Source: Dehalococcoidia bacterium (GTDB taxonomy: Bacteria > Chloroflexota > Dehalococcoidia > Lucifugimonadales > Australimonadaceae). From it: a DNA stretch of 64,000 nt. The notes below the pieces were generated by a model, which was given only the letters and a program-made list of their open reading frames with translations, did no database searches and had not been told where the DNA came from. Positions 44,379 to 53,909 of the stretch are shown here, piece by piece. The stretch spans positions 1,273,205 to 1,337,204 of the forward strand of contig OZ220670.1 of assembly GCA_965116255.1 (NCBI GenBank), given 5' to 3'. The translations under genes and the position numbers were made by a program. Positions within the stretch are counted from its first letter, which is position 1; every line of letters begins with the position of its first letter.

Positions 44379-45842
44379 GTGTCCCGCGACGACGCGCTGC
44401 GTCTCATCGTCGAGGCCGTCGGGGTCGCATTGCGAGCCCCCGGCAGCGGCTGGGAAGCAGAACGCCCGCTGGTCGTCGCCGTGTCGGGCGGGGCGGACTC
44501 GGCGGCCCTGCTCCTCGGCGCAGCCGCGCTGCCCGACGACATTCGCCCACCGCTGATTGCCGCACACTTTCAGCACGGCCTCCGCAAACGCGCGCAGGCG
44601 CCAGAACGGCGCAAGGTCGAGGCGCTGGCCGCGCAGGCAGGCGCGGCGTTCGAGGCGGGCATAGGCGACACCCGCGCCCACGCCGAGGCGAGCGGGCTTT
44701 CGCTGGAGGCGGCGGCGCGCGAGCTACGCTACCGCTTCCTTGCCGAGGTTGCCGCGCGCCACGACGCCTTTGGCGTGGGCGTCGCCCACACGCGCGACGA
44801 CCAGGCGGAGACAGTGCTGCTGCGCCTTGCGCGGGGCGCAGGGTTGCGCGGCGCGAGCGCCATGGAGCAGATATCAACGCGCCGCATCGAGGGACGGTCC
44901 TTGCGCTTGCTGCGCCCGCTGCTCGACCTCTCCCGCAGCGATACTGAGCGCGCGTGCGCCGCCGCCGGATACGCACCCATCGCCGACCCCACGAACCGCA
45001 CGGTGGGGAACGCGCGTGGGCGGCTGCGGCTCGAAGTGCTGCCGGGGCTGAGCGCCATCAACCCTCGCGCCATCGCTGCGCTCGCTTCATTCGCGCAAAA
45101 GGCAGCCGAGGACGACGCGTTGCTCGAGCGCCTCTCCGCCGATGCCGTACGGGGCACTGAGCGCCGTTCGCCGGGGCGCGTGTCGTGGGATACGGCGGTG
45201 CTTGCAGGCCTTGCGCCGCCGCTCTTTGCGCGCGTGCTGCAAGCGGCGTGGCGCTACCTTACTGCAGAAGGCGCGGCGCTGTCGGCGCGGCAGCTCGCGT
45301 CGGCGAAGGCGCTGCTTGCGGAGGGTGGCTCGATCGACCTCCGGCGAGGCGCGCGGTTCGTCGTCGAGCAGCGCCGCTGTGCCATCGAGACGAACACTCC
45401 CGAAGGCGAATCGCTACCGGCGGAGCCCGTGCTGCTCGCCGTCCCTGGCAGCGTGCGCGCCGGCCGTTGGGTGCTCGACTCGAGTATCGTACGCCGCGCC
45501 GGCGCGCCCGAGTCACGCTGGCAGGTGACAGTCGACGGCGAACGGCTGACAGGGCCGCTGCTCGTGCGACGCCGCGCCGGCGGCGACCGCATGCAGCCCT
45601 CGGGCCTCGATACGCCGGTGAGGATGCAGGACATTCTGGTGAACGCCAAGGTGCCGAGGCGGCTCCGCGATGCGCTGCCTGTCGTCGAATCGCGCGAGGG
45701 CATCGCGTGGCTGTGCGGTGTGCGCGTGGCCGAGTGGGCGCGCGTGCGTGCGTCAACCAAGCGCATCATCACGCTCACCGCGCGCCGTGTTGACTGGCCG
45801 AATTACGGCAGACCGGAGCCCGGCAGCGCCGACGATTGGTAG
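44379..45842 (+). CDS. tilS: tRNA(Ile)-lysidine synthetase
   Basis: PP-loop VVAVSGGADSAALL, HTRDDQAETVLLRLARG, C-terminal TilS domain. Confidence 0.9.
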   Translation: MSRDDALRLIVEAVGVALRAPGSGWEAERPLVVAVSGGADSAALLLGAAALPDDIRPPLIAAHFQHGLRKRAQAPERRKVEALAAQAGAAFEAGIGDTRAHAEASGLSLEAAARELRYRFLAEVAARHDAFGVGVAHTRDDQAETVLLRLARGAGLRGASAMEQISTRRIEGRSLRLLRPLLDLSRSDTERACAAAGYAPIADPTNRTVGNARGRLRLEVLPGLSAINPRAIAALASFAQKAAEDDALLERLSADAVRGTERRSPGRVSWDTAVLAGLAPPLFARVLQAAWRYLTAEGAALSARQLASAKALLAEGGSIDLRRGARFVVEQRRCAIETNTPEGESLPAEPVLLAVPGSVRAGRWVLDSSIVRRAGAPESRWQVTVDGERLTGPLLVRRRAGGDRMQPSGLDTPVRMQDILVNAKVPRRLRDALPVVESREGIAWLCGVRVAEWARVRASTKRIITLTARRVDWPNYGRPEPGSADDW

Positions 45843-45879
45843 GTGGAAAGGGTGCCGGCGGGTGGTATGATGACGCGCA

Positions 45880-46386
45880 ATGGCCTCCACTATGCGGCGC
45901 GCTATAGAGGTGCAGGTCTTCCCCCGCTTTCGGGCGCAGGCGCAGCCTCGGTGGGTGCGCTCCGTCGCGGAGGCGGCGCTCGATATAGCCGACCCCGGCA
46001 GCAGTAGCGCGCTGTCGATCGTCATCGCCGACGACGAAACGGTGCGCGACCTCAACAACCGCTTCCGAGGCGTCGACGAGGTGACGGACGTGCTGGCGTT
46101 CGGGGCGACGAGCGAGAACGCGCCAACACCGTCAGACGCCGCGTTTCCACCTCTCCCCGGCGAGGAGTCGCTCGGCGAGGTGGTCATCTCACAACCGCAG
46201 GCGGCACGACAGGCGCCCGCCAACGGCGCCACCGTAGAACGGGAGACTGCCCTGCTCATCGTTCACGGCGTCCTGCACCTGCTCGGTCACGAGCACGCAG
46301 AGCCGGAGGAAGCTGCTGCGATGCGGCGTCTCGAGGAGCAGGCGCTCGGCGCCATCTCCAGCGAGAGGACGGATGCGCGCACATGA
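45880..46386 (+). CDS. ybeY: rRNA maturation endoribonuclease YbeY
   Basis: HGVLHLLGHEH zinc motif. Confidence 0.92.
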   Translation: MASTMRRAIEVQVFPRFRAQAQPRWVRSVAEAALDIADPGSSSALSIVIADDETVRDLNNRFRGVDEVTDVLAFGATSENAPTPSDAAFPPLPGEESLGEVVISQPQAARQAPANGATVERETALLIVHGVLHLLGHEHAEPEEAAAMRRLEEQALGAISSERTDART

Positions 46387-48056
46387 CGACCTCCCAGGTG
46401 CTCTACCGCAAGTGGCGTCCGCCTCGCTTCAGCGACATCGTGGGGCAGGAGGCGGTGACGCAGACGCTGTGCCAGGCCATCAAGTCCGGCCGCATCGCGC
46501 ACGCCTACCTCTTCTGCGGCCCGCGAGGCACAGGCAAGACCAGCACCGCACGCGTCGTCGCCAAGGCGCTCAACTGCACGGGGCGGGCCGAGGAAGAGTG
46601 CGATCCCGACGGCACGTGCGAGAACTGCCGCGCCGTCGATGAGGGGAACTTCGTTGATCTCATCGAGCTGGACGGCGCATCCAGCGGCGGAATCGACCAG
46701 ATACGCGACCTGATCGAACGCACGCGCTTTGCGCCGACGCTCGGGCGCTACAAGGTCTACATCATCGACGAAACGCACCGCATGACGGGCAACGCCGCCG
46801 ATGCCTTTCTCAAGACGCTGGAAGAGCCGCCGCCCAACACCGTCTTCATCCTTGCAACGACCGAACCGCACCGGCTGCCGACGACCATCGTCTCGCGCTG
46901 CCAGCGCTTCGACTTTCGCCGCATCTCCACAGCTGACGTGGCACAACAGCTGGTCCAAATCTCCGAGAGCGAAGGTGTGGATGCCGAGGCAGAGGTGATG
47001 CACACGCTCGCTCGCGCCGCCGGAGGCAGCCTGCGCGATGCCACCAACATGCTCGATCAGCTCATCACTTCCTATGGCGTCCACCTGGGCGTCGCGCAGG
47101 TGCGGGAGATGCTGGGGCTGACGGGCGAGGAGCGGGCGATAGCGTTCGTGAAGCACCTGCTCGGCGGCAACACCAACCAAGCGCTTGAAGTGCTCAACAT
47201 GGCCACCGCCGAGGGACTGGACCTGCGCCCGCTGCACCGCATCAGCGTTGACTTGCTGCGCGCAGCGCTGCTGCTCAAGACGGGAGTGCGCGACGGCATC
47301 GAGCTGTCGAAGGAGGCGCATGCGGAGATCGGCGGCCTCGCCGCCCGCGTGCCCCTCGAGCACATCATGCGCGCGCTACGGCTATTCGGCGCGGTCGACC
47401 TGCGGCGCGACCAGCCCTCACCGCTGCCTCTTGAATTGGCGACAGTGGAGCTGAGCATCGAGCCAGCACCGCAAATCACGTATACGCACGGAGCGGCTCC
47501 GTCGTCCGAGCGTTCCACGCCGCCCCCAACCCGCGCCACTGCGCCGCCGCCCGCCGTTGCAGCTGGCGGCGGCTCGGCACGGCCGGTTGCGCCCACGAGC
47601 GGACCTCCGCCTGCCCCCCCGCGCCCACAGGCACCCGACAACGGCGCGGCGTCAACGCCAGGCCCGGATGCGCCGCGGAGCACGGAACTTGCTGTGCAGT
47701 GGCCTCACATCCTCAAATCGCTCGGCCGCGTGCCGCGCAAGCGCTACGACGTTGGCGCGCTGCTGCGGTCGTCCCGCGACCACTACATCGACGGCTCCTC
47801 GCTGGTCATCCGCTTCCCGCACCAGTCGAACAGCGAGCGGCTGCAGGAAGAGCTGGACGACCCGCAGTGCCGCCTCGCCGTCGAGAAGGTGCTGAACGAG
47901 GCGCTCGGCGGCGAGTACACGCTGCGCGTCGAGACGCTGGCGCAGGGCGGCCAATCAGCGCAAGCCGAGCCGCAGCAGGGCGGGCACCTCGTGCGCGCCG
48001 CTATGAGCCTCGGAGGCCAGGTCATCCAGGGCGAGCCGGACGCCGAACAACCGTAG
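46383..48056 (+). CDS. dnaX: DNA polymerase III subunit gamma/tau
   Basis: YRKWRPPRFSDIVGQE, GPRGTGKTS, zinc module CxxxxxxxxCxxC, SRCQRFDF. ATGA overlap with ybeY. Confidence 0.95.
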   Translation: MTTSQVLYRKWRPPRFSDIVGQEAVTQTLCQAIKSGRIAHAYLFCGPRGTGKTSTARVVAKALNCTGRAEEECDPDGTCENCRAVDEGNFVDLIELDGASSGGIDQIRDLIERTRFAPTLGRYKVYIIDETHRMTGNAADAFLKTLEEPPPNTVFILATTEPHRLPTTIVSRCQRFDFRRISTADVAQQLVQISESEGVDAEAEVMHTLARAAGGSLRDATNMLDQLITSYGVHLGVAQVREMLGLTGEERAIAFVKHLLGGNTNQALEVLNMATAEGLDLRPLHRISVDLLRAALLLKTGVRDGIELSKEAHAEIGGLAARVPLEHIMRALRLFGAVDLRRDQPSPLPLELATVELSIEPAPQITYTHGAAPSSERSTPPPTRATAPPPAVAAGGGSARPVAPTSGPPPAPPRPQAPDNGAASTPGPDAPRSTELAVQWPHILKSLGRVPRKRYDVGALLRSSRDHYIDGSSLVIRFPHQSNSERLQEELDDPQCRLAVEKVLNEALGGEYTLRVETLAQGGQSAQAEPQQGGHLVRAAMSLGGQVIQGEPDAEQP

Positions 48057-48095
48057 GGCAGCGAACGATATCCCAGTGACCGAGGAGGCGGGCGT

Positions 48096-48428
48096 ATGAA
48101 GTGGAAGCCACCGGGCGGCCAATCCAGCAAGAACCTGCTCAGGCAGGCACAACAACTGCAGGAGGCGCTCGCCAAGGCGCAAGACGAGCTGGACGAGGCG
48201 ACGGTCGAGGCATCGGCGGGAGGGGGCGCGGTCAGGGCCGTCGCGACCGGCAAGCAGGCGCTCAAGTCGATCGTCATCGACCCCGATGCGGTCGATCCCG
48301 CCGACGTAGAGATGCTGCAGGACCTCGTGTTGGCCGCCGCGAACGAGGCGCTGGAGAAGTCGCGGACGATGGCAAACGAGCGATTGGGCGCACTCACCGG
48401 CGGCCTAAACATCCCCGGCCTGACGTAG
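48096..48428 (+). CDS. ybaB: YbaB/EbfC nucleoid-associated protein
   Basis: 110 aa, LLRQAQQLQEALAKAQDEL...GGGAVRAVATGKQ, canonical position between dnaX and recR. Confidence 0.92.
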   Translation: MKWKPPGGQSSKNLLRQAQQLQEALAKAQDELDEATVEASAGGGAVRAVATGKQALKSIVIDPDAVDPADVEMLQDLVLAAANEALEKSRTMANERLGALTGGLNIPGLT

Positions 48429-48434
48429 GGTGCG

Positions 48435-49052
48435 ATGACGCAGGAGCATCCCTCGCTCGCAGCACCGGTTGCGCGCCTCATCGAGCAGTTTCACAAGTTG
48501 CCGGGCATCGGCCCCAAGTCGGCGCAGCGGCTCACCTACTACCTCATCCGGATGCCGCCAGAGGAGGCGCAGGCGCTTGCGCAGGCCATCGCGTCGGTCA
48601 AGGAGCGCACCACCTTCTGCTCGGAGTGTCAGAACATCACGGAGAGCAACCCTTGCACGACGTGCGCCGACCCCGGGCGCGACCGAACGCGCATCTGCGT
48701 GGTGCAAGAGCCGCTGGACGTGCTTGCGATGGAGCGCACGGGCGCCTACCGTGGCCTCTACCACGTACTGCACGGCGTCCTGGACCCCATGTCCCACATT
48801 ACGCCCGATGACCTGCGCATCCGCGAACTGCTGCCACGCTTGACCAACGGCGAAGTGCAAGAGGTCATCCTCGCCACCAATCCGAATGTGGAGGGGGAGG
48901 CAACGTCCATGTACGTGCAGCAGCTCATCTCGGCCCTGGTGCCAGAGGTGACCCGTCTAGCTCGAGGTCTGCCCGTCGGCGCAGACCTCGAATACGCCGA
49001 CGACCTCACGCTGGCTCGCGCGTTCGAGGGCAGGCAGCAGATGGGAGGGTAG
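48435..49052 (+). CDS. recR: Recombination protein RecR
   Basis: LPGIGPKSAQRL (HhH), C4 zinc finger CSECQNI...CTTC, Toprim ICVVQEP. Confidence 0.95.
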   Translation: MTQEHPSLAAPVARLIEQFHKLPGIGPKSAQRLTYYLIRMPPEEAQALAQAIASVKERTTFCSECQNITESNPCTTCADPGRDRTRICVVQEPLDVLAMERTGAYRGLYHVLHGVLDPMSHITPDDLRIRELLPRLTNGEVQEVILATNPNVEGEATSMYVQQLISALVPEVTRLARGLPVGADLEYADDLTLARAFEGRQQMGG

Positions 49053-49060
49053 TCCCTCCC
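49043..49060. terminator. Hairpin between convergent recR and dnaA
   Basis: GGGAGGG-TAGT-CCCTCCC, a perfect 7-bp stem whose loop contains the recR stop codon. There is no U-tract on either side. Confidence 0.4.
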
Positions 49061-49079
49061 ATCCGCGCGGCAGGGCGGC

Positions 49080-50390
49080 TTACGCTACGTCCAATGCGGT
49101 GGTAATGGCACGTTGGAGAGCGGAGTCGGTGTGAAGGCGCTCGGAGACCTTGCGGACGGAGTAGAGCACAGTCGCACGGTCGCGGCCACCAAAGAGGCGG
49201 CCTATCGCAGCGGGCGAGAGCTTGAGGCGGTCGGCCAGAAGGTACATCGCTACCTGGCGCGCCGTCGAACTGGCGCGGTCGCGGCGCGCCCCGGCCAGTT
49301 CCGAGGGCATCAGCCCATAGTGCTTCGAGACGGCATCGATGATGGCCTCGGGGGTAGAGGGCGGTGACGGCCGCGTTTCGCGCTCCATCACGCTCTCTAC
49401 CAGCTCCGCATTGAGGGGAGCGTTGGCGAGTTGCGCGTGGGCCGCTATGCGGTTGAACGCGCCTTCCAACTGGCGCACGTTGCGCACGGGGTGCCTGGCG
49501 AGGACGTCCAACACGTCGCCAGGGACATCGAGGCCGCGGCGGACGGCGCACCGCGCAAGGATGCCACGCCGCGTCTCCTCCGTCGGCTTGGTGATGTCAA
49601 CCTGCAACCCCCACTCAAGGCGCGAGCGCAGCCGCTCATCGAACAGCGGCAGGCGAGTGGGGTCCTGGTCCGCGGTGACGACGATCTGGCATCCTCGCTC
49701 GTGCAGGACGTTGAAGATGTGGAAGAAGGTCTCCTGCGTACTCGACTTGCCACCGAGAAACTGGATGTCGTCGACCAAGAGCAGGTCGGCCCCGCGGTAG
49801 CGCTGGTTGAATTCCGCCACCCGCCGCTCGCGTATTGCCGACGTGTAGTCGTTGGTGAACTCTTCACTGGTGACGCACAAGGGCGAGCGCCCGGCGACCT
49901 GCGCACGGTGTGTGATGGCGCGCAATAGGTGCGTCTTGCCCAGCCCTGACGTGCCGTAGATGACGAGCGGGTTGTATGAGCTCCGCGCGTTATCCGCAAT
50001 GGCGCTTGCCGCTGCGAATGCCAGATGGTTGGACGGGCCGACAACAAACGAGTCGAAGGTGTAGCGCACGTCGGCAGGGGGCACAGCGGGTTCATCATCG
50101 TCTGGAGACGCGCCAACAGCGCGGGAGGAAGAGGGCGGGCGGAAAGTGACTTCGTAGGGCGTGCGTGAGACGGCGACGACGGCAGCCCGGATTTGGCCGA
50201 GGAGCCGCTCACGCAGCCATTCGGCGGCCAAGGGTGACGGCGTGCCAACGACGAGGGAGCCGTCCTCGATGGCGACGCCCGTGGTGCCCGACAGCAGCGT
50301 GTCGAACATGGGGCGCGGCACTTGGAGTTGGAGGCGGCCAAGCGCGGCCTCCCAGACCCGTGCAGCGCGGCTGACTGTAGCGCTGGACAT
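49080..50390 (-). CDS. dnaA: Chromosomal replication initiator DnaA
   Basis: YGTSGLGKTHLL (Walker A), LLLVDDIQFL, C-terminal DNA-binding domain ARQVAMYLL. Start at the internal Met 50390 (MSSATVSRAARVWEAAL). Confidence 0.93.
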   Translation of the reverse strand: MSSATVSRAARVWEAALGRLQLQVPRPMFDTLLSGTTGVAIEDGSLVVGTPSPLAAEWLRERLLGQIRAAVVAVSRTPYEVTFRPPSSSRAVGASPDDDEPAVPPADVRYTFDSFVVGPSNHLAFAAASAIADNARSSYNPLVIYGTSGLGKTHLLRAITHRAQVAGRSPLCVTSEEFTNDYTSAIRERRVAEFNQRYRGADLLLVDDIQFLGGKSSTQETFFHIFNVLHERGCQIVVTADQDPTRLPLFDERLRSRLEWGLQVDITKPTEETRRGILARCAVRRGLDVPGDVLDVLARHPVRNVRQLEGAFNRIAAHAQLANAPLNAELVESVMERETRPSPPSTPEAIIDAVSKHYGLMPSELAGARRDRASSTARQVAMYLLADRLKLSPAAIGRLFGGRDRATVLYSVRKVSERLHTDSALQRAITTALDVA

Positions 50391-50588
50391 TGAGCGCGGC
50401 TCCGAGCAGGTTAGTGAACAGGCCGAAGGCGGAACTGTGGGCGCCTCCCCAAACCACCGAATACGGCCATGGCACGGAACGCTACCATGCTCCAAGCGTC
50501 GCGGCGCAAGAGGGGAATTGCGGGATTTCGGGAAGGGATTTTTCCCCCTCCCCACACTCGGAGAGGAGCGCGGGGTCAGACAGCAGCC

Positions 50589-51116
50589 CTACCGCGCCCG
50601 GGCGGTCTTACGCGACTCCTTGTAGCGGCGGCCCCGGTCAGAAACGGTGCGGTCGGCGGCGAAGGCCATGACCGGGACGCCGTACCCGCAGCTGGTGCTC
50701 GTGCGCTCGACGTGGACGGTCACTACCTGCCGCTCCGGCAGTGCGATACTGCTGGCGGGCGACTCGCGCAAGAGCGGCGCAAGCGGCGATTCGCCGAGCG
50801 GGGCGACATCGGCGCGCCCATACAGGCGCACGATGCCCGCATCCGAGCGCTCGAACGCGCACGCCATCACCGTAATTGGCCCGCCGGCGAGCGAGTGCCG
50901 CGCGGTCTCGTTGCCGCTGCCCACGTAGTCGAGGTAGGCGACACGATGCTCGTCGAGCACGTGGAGCGGCACGCCACCCTTGGGCGATAGGTTGATGGGC
51001 CCGGCACCCTCTGCCCCCTCAGCGAGGCCGGGATCTGCGGTGGCGACGAAGAAGACGCGCGCCTCCCTGATCAGCGCCTCCTGTTCCGGCGTTATGCGGT
51101 CGTAGAAGCTACCCAT
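50589..51116 (-). CDS. Pyridoxamine 5'-phosphate oxidase family (FMN-binding split barrel) protein
   Basis: ITPEQEALIREARVFFVATAD...INLSPKGG...LDYVGSGNET. Confidence 0.75.
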   Translation of the reverse strand: MGSFYDRITPEQEALIREARVFFVATADPGLAEGAEGAGPINLSPKGGVPLHVLDEHRVAYLDYVGSGNETARHSLAGGPITVMACAFERSDAGIVRLYGRADVAPLGESPLAPLLRESPASSIALPERQVVTVHVERTSTSCGYGVPVMAFAADRTVSDRGRRYKESRKTARAR

Positions 51117-51129
51117 GGCGCGCCACAGG

Positions 51130-52452
51130 CTACCCTGCCGCCGAAGCCTCCTTCTCAGCAGCGTCCTCCGCCACCGGTGTGGGGGCAGGCGCGGCGCGGA
51201 GGGCGTCGTCGTCGGGCTCGACGTAGAGGGGGAGCTCCTCCATTCGCGCGCGGGGGGGCGGTGCGTTGTCGCTCACCTTCCACCCCTCCCCGCGTGCGTA
51301 CTCGTTGCACATCTGTATCCACAGCCGCGGAAAGAGGTCGGGGCGAAAGAGCGGGGTGGGCTTGTGCTGGCCCATGCGTTTCTCGAAGTCGGTGGCGTCG
51401 CGCACCATCGACTTGTCCTGGTCGTTGAAACGACCCTTGCGCATCGGCCCGCCCCATATGTTGTACCAGAGCGTTATCCATAGCCGCTCCACGATGTTCT
51501 TGGGGAAGTGCGCGCTCACCTGCATGTAGAGGTAGTGGTCGGCATCGATGGCGATGTACCACTCGTAGTAGACCGCGCCATTCTTGGGGAAGTGGCGCAC
51601 CCGCAGGTAGCCCGGCAGGGCGATTCCGATGTACTTGATGCCGTGGACGGAGGTAGAGGTGCCCTTCCGCCCGCGCCTGTTCGGTGGCGTGCTGAAACGC
51701 CAGGGGCGCCTGGGCGGCCAGTGGCCGAGGCCGGGGAATTCCGTGTCCCAGCTCAAGTCGCGCGAAGTCTCCAGCAGGTACATCCGCTCGTCGACGGGGC
51801 ACTTCTCCTGCAGCTCGGACGTGTGCGTGCGATTGCCCTGCGCAAGGCGGTGCAAGAGGAGCGCGATAGCGTCGCGGTGGAGCATGAAGAAGTGGGCACC
51901 GGCGGAGCCCTCAGCATGGTGGCGCCAATTGCCGTAGACCTGGCGATAGCGCACCTTCACCTTGGCATCAGGGTGTAGCAGCAGTGCGGGGATGTCCTCC
52001 TCCAGCGGCACCGGATCACCACGGCCCATCCAGACATAGACCAAACCGTTGCGCTGCTCCGTCGGGAAGACGCGTAGGCGCACCTTGCCGACTGCGGGCG
52101 AGTTCTCATCGGTCAGCACAGCAACACACGAGCCGTTCTTGAGATCGAAAGTCCAGCCGTGGAAGCGGCATGAGAGGGTGTCGGTGCCTGGGAACTCGTC
52201 CTTGCTGAGCGACATGCGCGCACCGCGATGCGGGCACTCGTCCTGCACGGCGAAGACCTTCTTGCCGCGCTTAACGAAGGCGATGGGCTCGCCCAGCAAA
52301 ATAATGCGCTTGGGCAGTCTGCCAATGACATGCTCGGGGATAGCGGGGTACCAGTAGTTCTTGAAGCCCAGAACAGCCTTGGCGTAAGGGGATTGGCTGG
52401 TGTCCGTGGCCGCCGAAGCAGTGTTCTCCTTGCTCTCGAAGACGGTCGTCAT
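51130..52452 (-). CDS. Rieske [2Fe-2S] domain oxygenase (ring-hydroxylating alpha-subunit-like)
   Basis: CPHRGARMS...CRFHGWTF Rieske motif. ATG at 52452 follows GGGGAGG. Confidence 0.85.
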   Translation of the reverse strand: MTTVFESKENTASAATDTSQSPYAKAVLGFKNYWYPAIPEHVIGRLPKRIILLGEPIAFVKRGKKVFAVQDECPHRGARMSLSKDEFPGTDTLSCRFHGWTFDLKNGSCVAVLTDENSPAVGKVRLRVFPTEQRNGLVYVWMGRGDPVPLEEDIPALLLHPDAKVKVRYRQVYGNWRHHAEGSAGAHFFMLHRDAIALLLHRLAQGNRTHTSELQEKCPVDERMYLLETSRDLSWDTEFPGLGHWPPRRPWRFSTPPNRRGRKGTSTSVHGIKYIGIALPGYLRVRHFPKNGAVYYEWYIAIDADHYLYMQVSAHFPKNIVERLWITLWYNIWGGPMRKGRFNDQDKSMVRDATDFEKRMGQHKPTPLFRPDLFPRLWIQMCNEYARGEGWKVSDNAPPPRARMEELPLYVEPDDDALRAAPAPTPVAEDAAEKEASAAG

Positions 52453-52534
52453 CGCATCCTCCCCGTGATGCTTGTTGGTGCGTGGCGCCACAATAGTAGC
52501 GTCGCCGCGCATCGTCAAGCGCAGGGGGCGCGCC

Positions 52535-53818
52535 CTACCTCCCGTACCGCGCCGGCGCCGGGGGCCTGCGCGCGAGCAGGAAGAACAAGGTGCCCATACC
52601 CGTCAGCGTCCCCAACGTCAGGAAGGCGATGGTGTAGGCGCCGGTTGCGTCGAAGACGGCGCCAGCAATCAGCGGGCCGCTCAGTGTGCCCAACTGCACG
52701 ACCAGCGACGATGTGCCCATCACTTTGGCAAAGTTGCGGCGCCCGTAGTAGTCGGCGCGAATCGCCGTCATCAGCGGGCCGCGCGCACCCCAGGCGATCG
52801 CGTGCAGCACCACTGCCAAGAAGATCATCGACGTTGTCTGGCTCAGCGCCAGCAGCACCATTCCCGAAGCGTGGCCCAGCATGCACGCGGCCGCGATCCC
52901 GCGCTTTGAGTAGCGGTCGCCCAGGAATCCACCGCTCAGCTGTCCGATGGTGCTCACCAAGGTCATCACCGGCACCATCGCGCCCGCCGCCACTAGCGAC
53001 CAGCCGATGTCCGTGAGGTGCGGGATGAGGTGGACCTGCATGCTGGAAACGACCAGGAGCGCGGTGCCATGGCCCAACGAAATCAGCCAGAACGACGGGT
53101 CGCGCATCGCCTCGCGCAGCGTGAAGTCGATGTCGCTGAACTCGACCCCTGATGCGCGCGACCCGAACGCTGGCTCGTTCTGCTGGCTTGGGTCGCGACC
53201 GTCGGGCAGTTGCCCGCGGTCCTCGGGTCGGTGAACGAACAGGCGCGATATCGGCACGCCGACACAGATGAGAAGGATGCCGGCGACGATGAACGTCCAG
53301 CGCCAGCCGGCAGAATCGAGCAGCCAGGCAATGCCGAGCGCGATGACGCCGCCGAAGCCGAGACCAGTCTGCGCGATACCCATCGCTTGGGCGCGCTTGC
53401 GGATGAACCAGTTGGCAACCGAGGTGTTCAGGGTCAGGAAGCCGCCAAGGCTCCCGCCGATCGCGACGATGAGGAAGGCGATGTAGAAGTGGACGATGTT
53501 CTGCATTGCCGCCATCATCAGGAAGCCGAGGCCGGTGAGCAGCGAACCTATCCAGATGATGCGCATCGGCCCGTAGCGGTCGACCCAGTAGCCCTGCAGT
53601 GGCCCAAGCAGTCCGCTCTCGATGCGTGAGAGGGAGAACGCGCCCGCTATCGCCGTGCGCGACCAGCCGAAATGTATCTCGAGCCTATCGACGTACGCGC
53701 CAAAGGAGAGGAAGACGAAGGAGGACTGGATGCTCATCTGCACCCACGTCCCCATGACAATCCACCAGCCGTGAAAGATGCGTTGCCGCACCGGCCTGGA
53801 GGAGGGGGAGTGGCTCAT
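52535..53818 (-). CDS. MFS transporter (OFA/MCT-like), paralog of the gene at 27050
   Basis: MSHSPSSRPVRQRIFHGWWIVMG N-terminus and 12 hydrophobic segments. Start at the internal Met 53818. Confidence 0.85.
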   Translation of the reverse strand: MSHSPSSRPVRQRIFHGWWIVMGTWVQMSIQSSFVFLSFGAYVDRLEIHFGWSRTAIAGAFSLSRIESGLLGPLQGYWVDRYGPMRIIWIGSLLTGLGFLMMAAMQNIVHFYIAFLIVAIGGSLGGFLTLNTSVANWFIRKRAQAMGIAQTGLGFGGVIALGIAWLLDSAGWRWTFIVAGILLICVGVPISRLFVHRPEDRGQLPDGRDPSQQNEPAFGSRASGVEFSDIDFTLREAMRDPSFWLISLGHGTALLVVSSMQVHLIPHLTDIGWSLVAAGAMVPVMTLVSTIGQLSGGFLGDRYSKRGIAAACMLGHASGMVLLALSQTTSMIFLAVVLHAIAWGARGPLMTAIRADYYGRRNFAKVMGTSSLVVQLGTLSGPLIAGAVFDATGAYTIAFLTLGTLTGMGTLFFLLARRPPAPARYGR

Positions 53819-53909
53819 AGGGAAAGCCCATGCTACCACGCGGCTGTTGGGGCGGACTCCATGACCCACACTCCTGATGGGCTCTGCCGCGCTGTCGTAG
53901 GATTGCGGC

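Noticed and set aside
46287-47363. 358-aa antisense ORF opposite dnaX
   Set aside because: No motifs, and it lies opposite a canonical clamp-loader gene.
46383-48056. Programmed -1 frameshift site in dnaX (A AAA AAG type)
   Set aside because: No A-rich slippery heptamer is visible anywhere in the gene.
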